A stretch of 62,251 bases of DNA, filler included, from Candidatus Eiseniibacteriota bacterium (GCA_043809585.1; 5 parts of 5 records of this genome joined end to end with filler, not necessarily neighbours in it); one strand, 5' to 3'; numbered from the whole stretch's first letter, positions 36,954 to 47,291 are shown. Program-made: numbers and translations. The notes: a model not told the origin generated them from the sequence alone.

Positions 36954-37762
36954 TCGGCCCCCACGGACTCGCCCGGCGTGAGATCGCCCAGTTCACCGCT
37001 TCGCACCGCTTCGGCGATGCGCCGGTCACCGTCGAGGAGGCGTAGCGCCACCCATCGCGCGTTCGGCAGCCCGGGAAAAGCCGCCTCGACCTTCCCCGTG
37101 AGTTCCGAGATCACCCGTTTCATCACCTTCGGTTCGTTTCCCATCTTCCGCGGCTTCGGGGCGGTTTCGCCCGTGGCGACGGCGTGGATCTCCTTCAGGA
37201 GGCGGGGAATCCCTTCCCCGTACCGGGCGGTGGCGGGGACCACCGGGATCCCGAGGTCACGGGCGAGGCGCCGGTCGTCGACGACGAGCTTGTGGCGGCG
37301 CGCCTCGTCCATCAGGTTGACGCAAAGGACGACGCGGTCCGTGATCTCCGTGACTTGCAGGAGGAGGTTCAGGTTCCGCTCGAGACGGGTGCCGTCCACG
37401 ACGACCACCGTCACGTCCGGACTGCCGAAGAGGATGAAGTCCCGGGCGATCTCCTCGTCCGTGCTCGTGGCGAGGAGCGAGTACGTCCCCGGCAGGTCGA
37501 CGATCTTGAACCGCCGGCCGCCGAAGACGAATCCCCCCTCGGCGCGGCTCACCGTCTTGCCCGGCCAGTTGCCGGTGTGCTGCCGGAGCCCGGTGAGGGC
37601 GTTGAACACCGTGCTCTTCCCGACGTTCGGGTTGCCCGCGAGGGCGACCACGTAGTCCCAATCCTCCATGTTCACGCCGAGTTTCTCGAGGTTCCCCGCG
37701 TGGTGGGCCGCCGGGCACGCTTCGCATCCGGAGGCGCCGGAGCCCTTCGCCGATCGCTTCAT
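36950..37762 (-). CDS. feoB: FeoB N-terminal GTPase half (split FeoB)
   Basis: [29 protein letters not shown]; overlaps both neighbours by 4 nt. Confidence 0.93.
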   Translation of the reverse strand: MKRSAKGSGASGCEACPAAHHAGNLEKLGVNMEDWDYVVALAGNPNVGKSTVFNALTGLRQHTGNWPGKTVSRAEGGFVFGGRRFKIVDLPGTYSLLATSTDEEIARDFILFGSPDVTVVVVDGTRLERNLNLLLQVTEITDRVVLCVNLMDEARRHKLVVDDRRLARDLGIPVVPATARYGEGIPRLLKEIHAVATGETAPKPRKMGNEPKVMKRVISELTGKVEAAFPGLPNARWVALRLLDGDRRIAEAVRSGELGDLTPGESVGAD

Positions 37763-38814
37763 CGCGCCGCCTCTTTCTCTTCCGTTTCATCCGCGCCCCC
37801 CCGGCGGACGTGGATTTGGACCGCCTGGTCGTCGCGGAGGGCGATGAGGGCGCCCCGGATCCGGTACGCCGAAGCGCCCCCCGAGGGGCTCGTGATCTCC
37901 CGGGTGATCCTGGTGCCGGGGAGCACCCCGAGATCCATCAGGCGGCGGCGCTCCGGACCGCGGCTCGCCCGGGCGATGCGGATCACCTCCGCCGTCTCCC
38001 CCCGGTCGATCGCCGAGAGGCGCTCTTCCCGGGCGAACTCCACTTCCTGTTCGTCCGGGAGGGGCGCCACGGCGATGTTCGCCGCCACGATCGGCGCGAG
38101 CACGTGCTCGTTCCCGTCCGCCCAGAAGCGGATGCGCTCCTTCGTCCTCTCCGTGACGAGCACGGTCATGCCCGGGCGGAGACCGATCGCCGCGATCTGG
38201 GCGTAGACCGTCTCCGGTTCGTCCTCGAGGTGAACGATCCGGAGGGGCCCGCCCGTGCTCACCGTGGTGAGGGGCCGGCCACCGTGGAAGACGAGGTCCC
38301 TGGTGGGGGTGGGGATCGGATCCCCGTGAGGATCGTGGGTCGGACTTCCGAGACGCCGGTCGAGTTCGTCCACCTCCGCCGGCGTGAGGCGGTGCTCCCG
38401 CCGCTCCGCCCGCTCGTGCCACTCCTCCTCGCGGTAACCGGTCTTCTCGGCGAGGAAATGCTCGTAAAGGCGGTGGGCGCGGATGATGTTCAGCGCGTAC
38501 TGCCGGCCGTTGTCGGTGAGCCGAAAGTGCTGCCCGTCCTCGAAGAGCATCCGCCTCTCTTCGAGCTGCTGGAGAATCTCGGCCACGTCGTTGACCGAGG
38601 TATTCAAGTTGCCGGCGATGCCCTGCACGGTCGCCGGCTCCCCTTTCGCTTCGCACTTGCAGATGTACTTGAGGGCGTCCTCGGAAAGGACCCGCCTGTT
38701 CGCCCTCATACCCCTCCGCCACCGGGCAAAGAGACCCGTGCCGGGCCAGAAGAAGAAGATCCCGACGGCGGTCCCTCCCACCACCACGAGCAGGGAGGTC
38801 AACGGATCGGCCAT
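37759..38814 (-). CDS. Membrane-tethered DtxR-like protein with two FeoA domains
   Basis: N-terminal [34 protein letters not shown]-terminal [11 protein letters not shown]...IRGALIALR. Confidence 0.88.
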   Translation of the reverse strand: MADPLTSLLVVVGGTAVGIFFFWPGTGLFARWRRGMRANRRVLSEDALKYICKCEAKGEPATVQGIAGNLNTSVNDVAEILQQLEERRMLFEDGQHFRLTDNGRQYALNIIRAHRLYEHFLAEKTGYREEEWHERAERREHRLTPAEVDELDRRLGSPTHDPHGDPIPTPTRDLVFHGGRPLTTVSTGGPLRIVHLEDEPETVYAQIAAIGLRPGMTVLVTERTKERIRFWADGNEHVLAPIVAANIAVAPLPDEQEVEFAREERLSAIDRGETAEVIRIARASRGPERRRLMDLGVLPGTRITREITSPSGGASAYRIRGALIALRDDQAVQIHVRRGGADETEEKEAAR

Positions 38815-38841
38815 GGTCGTCCTCCGCGCGGGCGCGAGCCT

Positions 38842-39558
38842 CTACGGCGCGTCCGGATCATCATCTTGAGCCTTCCCGGGATAAAGGTAAACCTTCGACG
38901 CGAGATTCCGGCCGAGGGCGTGCTCCTCTCCGTTCGCGGTCCGCACCGTGACCGGTCCATCGAAGGGTCCCCGGCCGACGACGGTCACCTCGGCGCCGGG
39001 GACGAGCCCGATCCCGCCGAGATAGCGGAAGACCTCCCGCTCCCCGTCCTTGACACGGGAGACGACGCCCGCGGCGCCGGGGTAGACGGAGATGAGGGCC
39101 ACATCCCCGAGCTCCGGCAAGGAGCCGTCCTTCGCGGGAATCGGGTCGCCGTGAGGATCGACGGTCGGGTGGCCGAGCCTCTCGGCGATCCGGTCTTCGA
39201 GAGTCTCGGAGATGACATGTTCGAGATTCTCCGCCTCCTCGTGCACCTCGTCCCAGCCGAACCCGAGGACTTTGTGGAGGAAGAGTTCGATGAGCCGGTG
39301 GTGCCGAAGGGTCTCCAAGGCGCGGAGCCGGCCGGCCCCGGTCAGGGTGGCGCCCCGGTGCTTCTCGTAGTCGACCAAAGGCGGGTCGTGCGTCGAGAGT
39401 CGCCGGAGCATACCCGTCACCGACGCCGGGGAGAGCTCGAGAAGGGCGGCGATGCGACCGGTCGTCGGGACCTCTTCGTCCGCTTCGATCTTGTAAATTA
39501 CTTTGAGATAATCATCTATGGACCGGGACCCGATCGGTCCGCTCACTATTTTCATCAT
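38842..39558 (-). CDS. DtxR/MntR-family metal-dependent regulator with FeoA domain
   Basis: [45 protein letters not shown]. Confidence 0.93.
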   Translation of the reverse strand: MMKIVSGPIGSRSIDDYLKVIYKIEADEEVPTTGRIAALLELSPASVTGMLRRLSTHDPPLVDYEKHRGATLTGAGRLRALETLRHHRLIELFLHKVLGFGWDEVHEEAENLEHVISETLEDRIAERLGHPTVDPHGDPIPAKDGSLPELGDVALISVYPGAAGVVSRVKDGEREVFRYLGGIGLVPGAEVTVVGRGPFDGPVTVRTANGEEHALGRNLASKVYLYPGKAQDDDPDAP

Positions 39559-39578
39559 GACTAAAATCTAATTTAGCC
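39559..39578. promoter_or_regulatory. Possible operator palindrome directly upstream of the dtxR-feo operon
   Basis: AT-rich imperfect palindrome GACTAAA-ATCTAA-TTTAGCC abutting the start codon in a GC-rich background. Confidence 0.3.
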
Positions 39579-39694
39579 CGGCCGGAAAATCAAGCCCCCG
39601 ATGACGGGGGAGAACAGCGGAGGGAACCTCGGGAGGATGGGGTGGGGCCGGGGCGCCGTGTTGGATATGTTCAAGGCGACGAGGGGAGAAGGGA

Positions 39695-41362
39695 ATGACG
39701 AATCTCGACACCGGCGGAGATCCGGTGGAGCGCATCCTCCGATATCACGACCGGACGAAACACCACTTTCACGGTTTCGCCCGTTCCCTCGGATACATGG
39801 ACTGGGCGAACGAGCCCGATCCCTTCCGAAGGTACGGCGGGACGCCTCTGGTTTCTCTCCCCCTGCCGGAGGGGGACAAGACGCCGCCCTACGACCGGAT
39901 CTTCGAACCCCGATCGGCGCCGGATCGTCCCCTCGATCTCTCCTTCGTCTCCGAACTCCTCTTCGACAGTCTCGCGATCTCGGCTTGGAAGTCCTTCGGC
40001 GGAAACACGTGGGCCCTCCGGGTAAACCCGTCGAGCGGCAATCTCCATCCGACCGAGGGGTACCTGCTCGCTCCGGCGATCGAGGGGCTTCCGGGAGGGC
40101 CCGGGGTCTGGCACTACGCACCGAAGGAGCATGGGCTCGAAAGGCGGGCGGAGTGGACGGAAGAAACCTGGGGGGGGCTTACGGACGGCTTTCCGGAGGG
40201 GACGGTCTTCGTCGCCCTCACGTCGATTCTCTGGCGGGAGGCGTGGAAGTACGGTGAGCGGGCGTTCCGTTACTGCCAGCACGACATCGGCCACGCCCTC
40301 GCCGCGCTACGCATCGCCGCCGCCGCCCTCGGCCGGGATCTGCGCGTGTTGGACGGCCTCTCGGACGAAGAGATCGGCGCGCTGACCGGGGTGGACCGGG
40401 AGGCGGACTACGTGGGCGGGGAACGGGAGGAGCCGGATCTCGTCGCGGCGATCGTGCCCGCCGGCGAGGCGGCTCCCGCCCGGATGGCGGCGGAGGCCGC
40501 GGGGAGGGCGGCGAACGCCCATTGGACGGGAAAAGCGAACCGGCTCTCCGCGGAGAGGGCGGAGTGGCGGGTGATCGACGTGGCCGCGGAGGCGTGCCGG
40601 AAGAGGACGGAGACGCCTCTCTTCGATCGGGCCGGCACCGCCGCGGCCGAGGCCGCAAGCCCGATCGCCGCCGGGAAGTGCCGCCTCTTCACGACCCGGG
40701 GGATCGTGCGGCGCCGGAGGAGCGCCATGGCCATGGACGGGGAGACGTCGATCGATCGGGAGACCTTCGTTCGGATGCTTGCCCGAACCGTGCCCGCCCT
40801 CTGCCCGGTCCCGTGGGACTCGGCGGCCTGGCCCGTCTCCGTTCATCTCGGGCTCTTCGTTCATCGCGTGGATGGGCTCGACCCGGGACTCTACGTTCTC
40901 GCGAGAGACACGGGGGACGAGGGGGCTCTTCGTGAAGCGTTCCGGGAGGACTTCGCCTGGATGAGGCCGGAGGGAGTGCCCGGGGAACTGCCCCTCTTCC
41001 TCCTCGCCCCCCAGGATCTTCGCGCCCTCTCCGCTTCGGTCAGCTGCCGGCAGGCGATCGCCTCGGACGGCGCGTTCAGCCTCGCCATGCTCGCCCGTTT
41101 CGAGGAGCCGATCCGGGAGCGGGGCGCCCCCGTCTACCGGCGGCTTTTCTGGGAGACGGGAATGATCGGCCAGGTTCTCTATCTGGAGGCGGAAGCGGCG
41201 GGAATCCGGGGGACGGGCATCGGCTGCTATTTCGACGAGCCGGTCCACGAGATCTTCGGCCTCCGGGGACGCGCCTACCAGAGCCTCTATCACTTCACCG
41301 TCGGCGGCCCCGTCGAGGACCCCCGCCTCACCACCCTCCCCCCCTACGGGGACAGACAATAG
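39695..41362 (+). CDS. SagB/ThcOx-like two-domain nitroreductase family protein
   Basis: YHDRTKH, DWANEPDPFR, LRVNPSSGNLHPTE, REAWKYGERAFRY, RRRSA, GQVLYLEAEA, GIGCYFD. Confidence 0.9.
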   Translation: MTNLDTGGDPVERILRYHDRTKHHFHGFARSLGYMDWANEPDPFRRYGGTPLVSLPLPEGDKTPPYDRIFEPRSAPDRPLDLSFVSELLFDSLAISAWKSFGGNTWALRVNPSSGNLHPTEGYLLAPAIEGLPGGPGVWHYAPKEHGLERRAEWTEETWGGLTDGFPEGTVFVALTSILWREAWKYGERAFRYCQHDIGHALAALRIAAAALGRDLRVLDGLSDEEIGALTGVDREADYVGGEREEPDLVAAIVPAGEAAPARMAAEAAGRAANAHWTGKANRLSAERAEWRVIDVAAEACRKRTETPLFDRAGTAAAEAASPIAAGKCRLFTTRGIVRRRRSAMAMDGETSIDRETFVRMLARTVPALCPVPWDSAAWPVSVHLGLFVHRVDGLDPGLYVLARDTGDEGALREAFREDFAWMRPEGVPGELPLFLLAPQDLRALSASVSCRQAIASDGAFSLAMLARFEEPIRERGAPVYRRLFWETGMIGQVLYLEAEAAGIRGTGIGCYFDEPVHEIFGLRGRAYQSLYHFTVGGPVEDPRLTTLPPYGDRQ

Positions 41363-41373
41363 AACCGCTTCCC

Positions 41374-41529
41374 TAACCTTAATCCGGCAAAAAATCCCGG
41401 TGCCAATCGCTGACGCTCGCGCGATAGCACGCCATCTGCCGCAGTGCTCGCATTCACCAATGCTCACATATCGTTGGATATGCTCCGCTTGGTGAATGCT
41501 CCGCGCTGCAGCATCTGACGCACTCTCGC
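41374..41529. mobile_element. MITE-like family D, long copy truncated by gap
   Basis: Starts TAACCTTAATCCGG; internal hairpin GCATTCACCAA..CATATC-GTTG-GATATG..TTGGTGAATGC. Confidence 0.78.
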
Positions 41530-41629
41530 NNNNNNNNNNNNNNNNNNNNNNNNNNNNNNNNNNNNNNNNNNNNTTAATTAATTAANNNNNNNNNNNNNNN
41601 NNNNNNNNNNNNNNNNNNNNNNNNNNNNN
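41530..41629. other. Artificial contig linker
   Basis: N44-TTAATTAATTAA-N44. Confidence 0.97.
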
Positions 41630-41630
41630 T

Positions 41631-41837
41631 GATCTTTACGGAGACAGTCGGAGTGACTATGGGGCGTCCTTCGAGGGTGCCAATGACGGCCCCGAGGAGT
41701 GGAAGCAGAAGAGTCTACAGGCCTTCAGCGCCAGGGTAAAGAACCACCTTAGCCCTGGTGTGTCGAAAGATCTCGACGACGAGATCCACGATGTGGGCAC
41801 GAGACTGGTTGAGCAGTTCTGGCCTGAGATACTTTAG
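41631..41837 (+). CDS. 3' fragment of an unknown lower-GC gene
   Basis: Open frame from the gap: DLYGDSRSDYGASFEG...HDVGTRLVEQFWPEIL*; not in the ORF track. Confidence 0.4.
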   Translation, partial: DLYGDSRSDYGASFEGANDGPEEWKQKSLQAFSARVKNHLSPGVSKDLDDEIHDVGTRLVEQFWPEIL

Positions 41838-42045
41838 ATATCGAGCCGGTGCTCTTCAGAGGTGCTTGGCAAGCTTTGTTGCCAGGTTTAATGGGCGGAA
41901 CGGCCTCTGCCCACCGGGCTCGCGGGGCGAAGCGGCCAGCACAGCCTGCCGACCGGGCTCGCTGCCGGAGCGGCCAGCACATGCTGCCGACCGCACCTGC
42001 GCGGGTGGATGGGCGCGGCTACTTTGTAGTGATAAAGGAGGCAGC

Positions 42046-42234
42046 ATGAAACCGCTTTCCAAAACATATGCACGATGGCTTGAGAAAACTGGCGACCGGC
42101 TTCAGAAAGGTTTTGCCGATCGCATTAGGGATCCCCGCATTCGATGGCTAGTTGACGAAGGTGCCTGGGAAACCGACACTTTAGGTTGGGGACTAACCTT
42201 GATCTTTCATAAAATCTCGAGAACAAACGCGTGA
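42046..42234 (+). pseudogene. Short ORF probably truncated by a family D insertion
   Basis: Strong RBS AAGGAGG then MKPLSKTYARWLE...; the last codons and stop lie inside the repeat starting at 42194. Confidence 0.45.
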
Positions 42235-42293
42235 GAGTGCGTCAGATGCGGCAGCGCGCGGCATTCACCAAGCAGAGCATATCCAACGATATG
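42194..42293 (-). mobile_element. MITE-like family D, half copy
   Basis: TAACCTTGATC end, then GAGAGTGCGTCAGATGC..GCATTCACCAAGC.GAGCATATCCAACGATATG, matching the reverse complement of about 41466-41527. Confidence 0.78.
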
Positions 42294-42451
42294 CCGATTC
42301 CGGGGACACGATACCGGTTCCGAAGGGACCCGTAGGAGGACTCCACCGAGCCGAAGGTGCGCCCCTTCGTCCGCACGCGAGAAAGCGGCCGCCGGATCGT
42401 CCTCCGGCGGCCGTTGCGTGATGCAGTTCGCAGAACTCGTACGATCGCTCC

Positions 42452-45400
42452 TCAGCGGATCAGGACCATCTTCTTCGTGATTCTCACATCCCCCGCCTCG
42501 AGCCGGTAGAAGTAGACGCCGGAGGCGGTCTCGGTCCCCGCGCCGTTTCTCCCGTCCCACGCCGCCTCGTGCCGGCCGGGGTCCAGCCGCCCCTCGTCCA
42601 TGAGTGTCCGCACCAGCCGGCCGCCGACATCGTAGACGCGGAGCCGGGCTTCGCCCGCCACCGCAAGATCAAACCGAATCGTCGTCGTCGGATTGAACGG
42701 GTTCGGCACGTTGGCGTAAAGAACCGGGGCCGACGGGACGGCGCCCCCGTCCGCCACGGACACTATGGAGGAGACGTCCTCGACGATTTCGATCGTCTGG
42801 TTTGCGGCCGGGGCGGAGATTACCTGACGGATCCCGCTCGGCCAGAAGACGACGATCGAGTCGATCTCCGTGGCGTAGCCAATGCCGAAGTGCGCCAGCA
42901 GGGGGGAGCCGCCGGTGCCCGCCCCGTGATCGCCCATCTCCTGCCGCTGCGTATGATAGCCGTTCAGGGTGTAGACGAAGATGCTCGCACCGATCCCGTC
43001 CCGGTTGGAGACGACCCCTTCCAGATCGACCTTCACCCAAGCCTGGAGGCCGCAGAGGTCGTTCCTTATGTACTGGTTGACACCCGAGCCGATGAAGCCG
43101 TTCGTCGCGACATAAAGATCGAGATCGCCGTCTTCGTCCGCATCCGCCCACGCCGCCGCACTCGTGTGATCCGCCGGCGAAAGGGGGGACGGGAAGATCT
43201 CGTACAGATTGTAGCCGGATCCGTAACTGCCGAAGAGACGATTTGAGCCGCCGAACTCGAAGGTGAAAAGCCCCGCGTTCCCGTTGTTGTCGTAGTCGAC
43301 CCAGACGCCCCCCCTCGTGTCGGAGGGAAGGTCGAGTTCCGAAGGAGTCGCGTCCGAGAATACGAGTCCGCCGTCGTTTCGAAAGACGCGATTCGTTCCC
43401 GGATAGAAGTTCTCGTTGGCGAGGAACAGGTCGAAATCCCCGTCGTTGTCGTAATCCCTCGACGCCGCCTCGTAGCCGTCCCCCGAGTCGTTCAAGGGAG
43501 GCGTCGTCACGTCCGAAAAGGCTCCACCTCCGTCGTTCCGGAGTAGATGGTTCGGGCCCCCGCCGACGGCGTAGAGATCGAGATCTCCGTCGCCGTCGAA
43601 ATCCGACCACTCGGCGCTACGGGTATGGATCGTGTCCATGATCGCGGGCGTCACGTCGGTGAACTGCCCGTCGCCGCTCCCCCGGAAGAGCCGGCTGTTG
43701 AAGCTGTTCGCGAGATAGAGGTCGAGGTAACCGTCGTTGTCGTAGTCGACCCAGCTGACGTCGAGACCGCCGTAGCTCGAGTCGAAGAGGGCGGGGGAGA
43801 CGTCGCTGAAGCCGGCGCCGTTCTCGTTCCTAAAGAGGGAGAGACGGTTGTAATTGGCGGAGATCGCCACGTCCGGGTCGCCGTCGTTGTCGTAGTCCGC
43901 CCATCCCGCGTCCGGGTAGTTAAGAAAAGGGTCGAGGGCCGGCGGTGTCCCGTCGGAGAAGTTGCCGGACCCGTCGTTCACGAAGAGACGGTTCGGCTGA
44001 TAGGAGTTCGTGACGTGCAGATCGAGGTCGCCGTCTCCGTCGTAGTCGACCCACGAGCAGCTCCGCCCATCGGCGACATTTTGGAGAAGTGTGTCCGCCG
44101 CGTCCTGGAACGTCTCCGTTACGAGGACTTCGTAAGTCGTGGATGATCCGTCGAAGTTGAGCACCCCGAGCCCGTGGTAGCCCGTCGAATCGGGAATGAA
44201 CGTCTGGCAAAGCCCTCCGGGCGTCGGAATCCCCAACGAGAGGGCCATGGTTCCGTAGTTCACGTCCCGCCAGAAAAGCACCGGGTAGGGCATCGCCGAC
44301 CCGGCCGCATCGAGCATCACATTGAAGGGCACGCGCCGGTTCAAGTAGATGTCCCAGACGTCGATCACGTCGGCGACGTCGAAGTCCCGGAGAACAGGCG
44401 TGTCGAAGAAGAGAAGGTCGGCGCCGTCGTCCCACTCGAAATATGCGCTGCTCGGGTCGGTCGAATCCGGATAGGCGTGGATGTAGTACTCGCCGAGACC
44501 GAGCCCCCCCGCGTTGAAGTCCAGTGCGGTGAATATGATCCATTGCCCATCATACCCGATGCCTTGGACCGACCATGGAGAGTCGGTGAAGCAGGTGGGC
44601 CAGGGACTCCCCGAAGGAGTGGCATAGGGGAAGAATCCCCACCGAGTGCCCGGAATGTCGGAGCGAATCGCGAGGCCGGCCCAGTAGCCCGTCTGCTGAT
44701 CGAAGGAGAGGGAGTATTCGGCGTTCGGGAGGAAGAAGGGCGTATCGCTCACGAGCGCGATCGGTGTCGTGCAGGTGCCGGCCTCGAGCCGGTAGTCGGC
44801 GGTCCCGCCGTTCTCGTTCACGACGACGATGCCGCGCCATCCGTTGAACGAGGGCGTGAACGTCACGTAGTAGGTCGAATCCACGACGGCGCCGGTCCGC
44901 CCCGCGGAGTAGGGGATCCCCCCGGGGTTTTCGAAGAGAAGGAACCGGAGATCGGCCGCGCCGGTCCAGTATAGATGGATCCCGTACTCCACTCCGGCGT
45001 ACAGATAGATGTCCCAGATCTCGAGAACGTCATCGGGGCCGGTGGTCCGGAAAACCGCGCCGCCGTTCGGGTACAGGATGTCCGCGCCGTCGTCCCATTC
45101 GATGACGGCGTCACCCGCCCCCGCCCACAGGTTCGCCTTCAAGTATCGCGCTTCCGGCGTCGCGAAGTTGAAATCGCCGACCACCACGTCCACGCCGCTC
45201 GAGAGATTCGAATAGGTGAGCAGCGTCTCCACGCACGCCGGGTCGGCTCCGACGTCGGCGTACATCTCGATGTCCCAGTCGTCTCCCGGTAGGGATCGTA
45301 TCCCGACGGCGGTCCAGTACCCGTACGCTTGATTGGCGATGAAGAACTCGGGGGACGATGTCACCGCCTCGGAGATGCCGCTCGAGAGGCCGGTGTACGT

Positions 45401-45730
45401 GCACACCCGAGAGTCTTTGCCGGTCTCCGATTTCGCGTAACGGCTCCCCGGTCCGGAAATCGGATGAAGAACCGACGGAAGGGCGGGCGCATTGAAAACG
45501 GATGTCGAGAAGCGCGCCTTCTCCGGACCAGGCGCGGGGATGCCGGCCGGCGGATAGACGAAGGGCACTCCGGGCGACGGCTTCCCCACACCCGGCCGGA
45601 TCACGATCTGACCCTCCCGGACATGGCTCGGATATTCACCTGCTGTTCGTGATTCGAATACCGGATCGGATCCGGTCGAGGCGAAGGCCATGACGGGTAC
45701 GAGCACCCAGAGGAGTAGGGACTTCTTCAT
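42452..45730 (-). CDS. Secreted FG-GAP / ASPIC-UnbV (CRTAC1-like) protein with C-terminal FlgD-Ig domain
   Basis: Signal peptide; about seven DYDxDGDxD repeats; SNRDGIGA...AHFGIG...WPSG; NVPNPFNPTTTI...SGVYF...KMVLIR. Confidence 0.88.
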   Translation of the reverse strand: MKKSLLLWVLVPVMAFASTGSDPVFESRTAGEYPSHVREGQIVIRPGVGKPSPGVPFVYPPAGIPAPGPEKARFSTSVFNAPALPSVLHPISGPGSRYAKSETGKDSRVCTYTGLSSGISEAVTSSPEFFIANQAYGYWTAVGIRSLPGDDWDIEMYADVGADPACVETLLTYSNLSSGVDVVVGDFNFATPEARYLKANLWAGAGDAVIEWDDGADILYPNGGAVFRTTGPDDVLEIWDIYLYAGVEYGIHLYWTGAADLRFLLFENPGGIPYSAGRTGAVVDSTYYVTFTPSFNGWRGIVVVNENGGTADYRLEAGTCTTPIALVSDTPFFLPNAEYSLSFDQQTGYWAGLAIRSDIPGTRWGFFPYATPSGSPWPTCFTDSPWSVQGIGYDGQWIIFTALDFNAGGLGLGEYYIHAYPDSTDPSSAYFEWDDGADLLFFDTPVLRDFDVADVIDVWDIYLNRRVPFNVMLDAAGSAMPYPVLFWRDVNYGTMALSLGIPTPGGLCQTFIPDSTGYHGLGVLNFDGSSTTYEVLVTETFQDAADTLLQNVADGRSCSWVDYDGDGDLDLHVTNSYQPNRLFVNDGSGNFSDGTPPALDPFLNYPDAGWADYDNDGDPDVAISANYNRLSLFRNENGAGFSDVSPALFDSSYGGLDVSWVDYDNDGYLDLYLANSFNSRLFRGSGDGQFTDVTPAIMDTIHTRSAEWSDFDGDGDLDLYAVGGGPNHLLRNDGGGAFSDVTTPPLNDSGDGYEAASRDYDNDGDFDLFLANENFYPGTNRVFRNDGGLVFSDATPSELDLPSDTRGGVWVDYDNNGNAGLFTFEFGGSNRLFGSYGSGYNLYEIFPSPLSPADHTSAAAWADADEDGDLDLYVATNGFIGSGVNQYIRNDLCGLQAWVKVDLEGVVSNRDGIGASIFVYTLNGYHTQRQEMGDHGAGTGGSPLLAHFGIGYATEIDSIVVFWPSGIRQVISAPAANQTIEIVEDVSSIVSVADGGAVPSAPVLYANVPNPFNPTTTIRFDLAVAGEARLRVYDVGGRLVRTLMDEGRLDPGRHEAAWDGRNGAGTETASGVYFYRLEAGDVRITKKMVLIR

Positions 45731-45996
45731 GATATTTCTCCGTGTTTTCGCTCGATCGTGGAGACGCCATTATCGGGAAAAGCAATGGAACAGCGATGCA
45801 CTGCGAATGGATGAGTCACACCGGAATCCCACCCTGGTCCCCTCGGTGCTTCGAGGACCATGGTCGCATGAAAGGTCGAAATGGTGCTTAATCAGAAACG
45901 CATTATACCAGAACGAGTTGTCGATGTCAAACGAAGGATGTCCCCGAAGGTCTCCGGGGGGCAACGTCCCGGCGCGATCCACGCCTCGGGGACGAA

Positions 45997-47142
45997 TCAG
46001 CCGCCCGGCCGGCTCAGGATGCGATCGTACAGATCGAGGTAGTCCCGGGAGACGCCCTCCCAGCTCATTTGCTCCGCCCGTTCCCTCGATCGTTCTCCGT
46101 GCCGGCGGAGGAGCTCCGGGTCCCGAAGGTACCGGCGGATGGCGTCGGCGATCGCGCCGGGATCGCTCCGGGGGACCACGAAACCGTTCTCGTCGAGGAT
46201 TTCCGCCACGCCCGTGTCCGTCGTGATGATGGGGAGCCCGGAGGCCATCGCCTCGAGGGCGGCGTTGCTCATCGCCTCCTCGTGGGCGGGAAGAACGAAA
46301 AGGCTCGCCTCCCGGTAGATCTCGGGGAGACCGGACCAGTTCGTCGCCCCCCGGAACATGACCCGTTCCGCCACGCCCCGCCGCCGGGCGAGATCCTCGA
46401 GGGCGTTCCGGGCGGGCCCGTCGCCGACGATCACGAGCCGGGCGCCGCCTCTCTCCTCGCCGAGGGAGGCAAAGGCCTCGATGAGGTGATCCACTCCCTT
46501 GCGGTGGATGAGCCGGCCGACGAAGAGCACCGTGAACACTTCCGGATCGGGCCCGGGGTGGAAGACCGTCGTGTCCACACCGTTCGGGATCAGACGGAAC
46601 TCGACGGACCGGTCCGTTCGTTCCGCGAGCGCCACCTGGCTCCGGCTCACGCACGTGACGGCGCTCGCGCTCCGCCAGATCCGGCGGGAGACGTGGCGGA
46701 AGAGGAGGGGGTCGAGAAGGCGGAGCCGGCTGCTGTACCCGGGGACGTCCGACCCCCGGAGGGCGATCAGATAGGGGAGCTTCCGGCGAAGGGTGTAACC
46801 GATGATTCCGGAGGGCCAGCCGGACCAGCAGTGGCAGAGATCGTAATCGCGCTCGGCGGCGAGGCGCCGGGAGAATCCGAGGGCGTGCCGGGACCAGGTC
46901 GCGAGCTCCCGGACCGTCCAGTACTGCCGTTTCGCCTTGCGCACCGGAATCTTGAAGAGGCCGACGTTTTCGCCGATCCGGCCCGTCTCGAGTCGATCCG
47001 AGGGGCCGCTCGTCACCAGGTCGACGCGGAGGCCCGCCTTCCTTCCGATCTCCCGGAGCATGTGAAACGTGGCGTTCGCCGACCCGCCGCCGAGGGGCGG
47101 AAACTCGTAGTTCACCATCAGAACCCGCGGTCGACGACTCAA
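45997..47142 (-). CDS. Glycosyltransferase family 4
   Basis: NYEFPPLGGG, IPNGVD, FVGRLIHRKG, IVGDGP, EAMSNAALEAMASGLPII; probable TTG start at 47142 after GGAGG. Confidence 0.92.
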   Translation of the reverse strand: MSRRPRVLMVNYEFPPLGGGSANATFHMLREIGRKAGLRVDLVTSGPSDRLETGRIGENVGLFKIPVRKAKRQYWTVRELATWSRHALGFSRRLAAERDYDLCHCWSGWPSGIIGYTLRRKLPYLIALRGSDVPGYSSRLRLLDPLLFRHVSRRIWRSASAVTCVSRSQVALAERTDRSVEFRLIPNGVDTTVFHPGPDPEVFTVLFVGRLIHRKGVDHLIEAFASLGEERGGARLVIVGDGPARNALEDLARRRGVAERVMFRGATNWSGLPEIYREASLFVLPAHEEAMSNAALEAMASGLPIITTDTGVAEILDENGFVVPRSDPGAIADAIRRYLRDPELLRRHGERSRERAEQMSWEGVSRDYLDLYDRILSRPGG

Positions 47143-47291
47143 AAAACTACCCTCCTGCCCGCGATTCCTCTCTAGTATACTCGGCGAGGTTCGAGGAGCG
47201 ATAGCACTTCCACCACGCCCTCTCGACTCCTCGAAATCCGGCACGGACCGGGACGGGCGGCCGCCCGAAATCCGCCCGGAGGAGATGTCTT

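Noticed and set aside
41895..42030. Integron attC site
   Set aside because: No matching RYYYAAC/GTTRRRY core pair could be identified.
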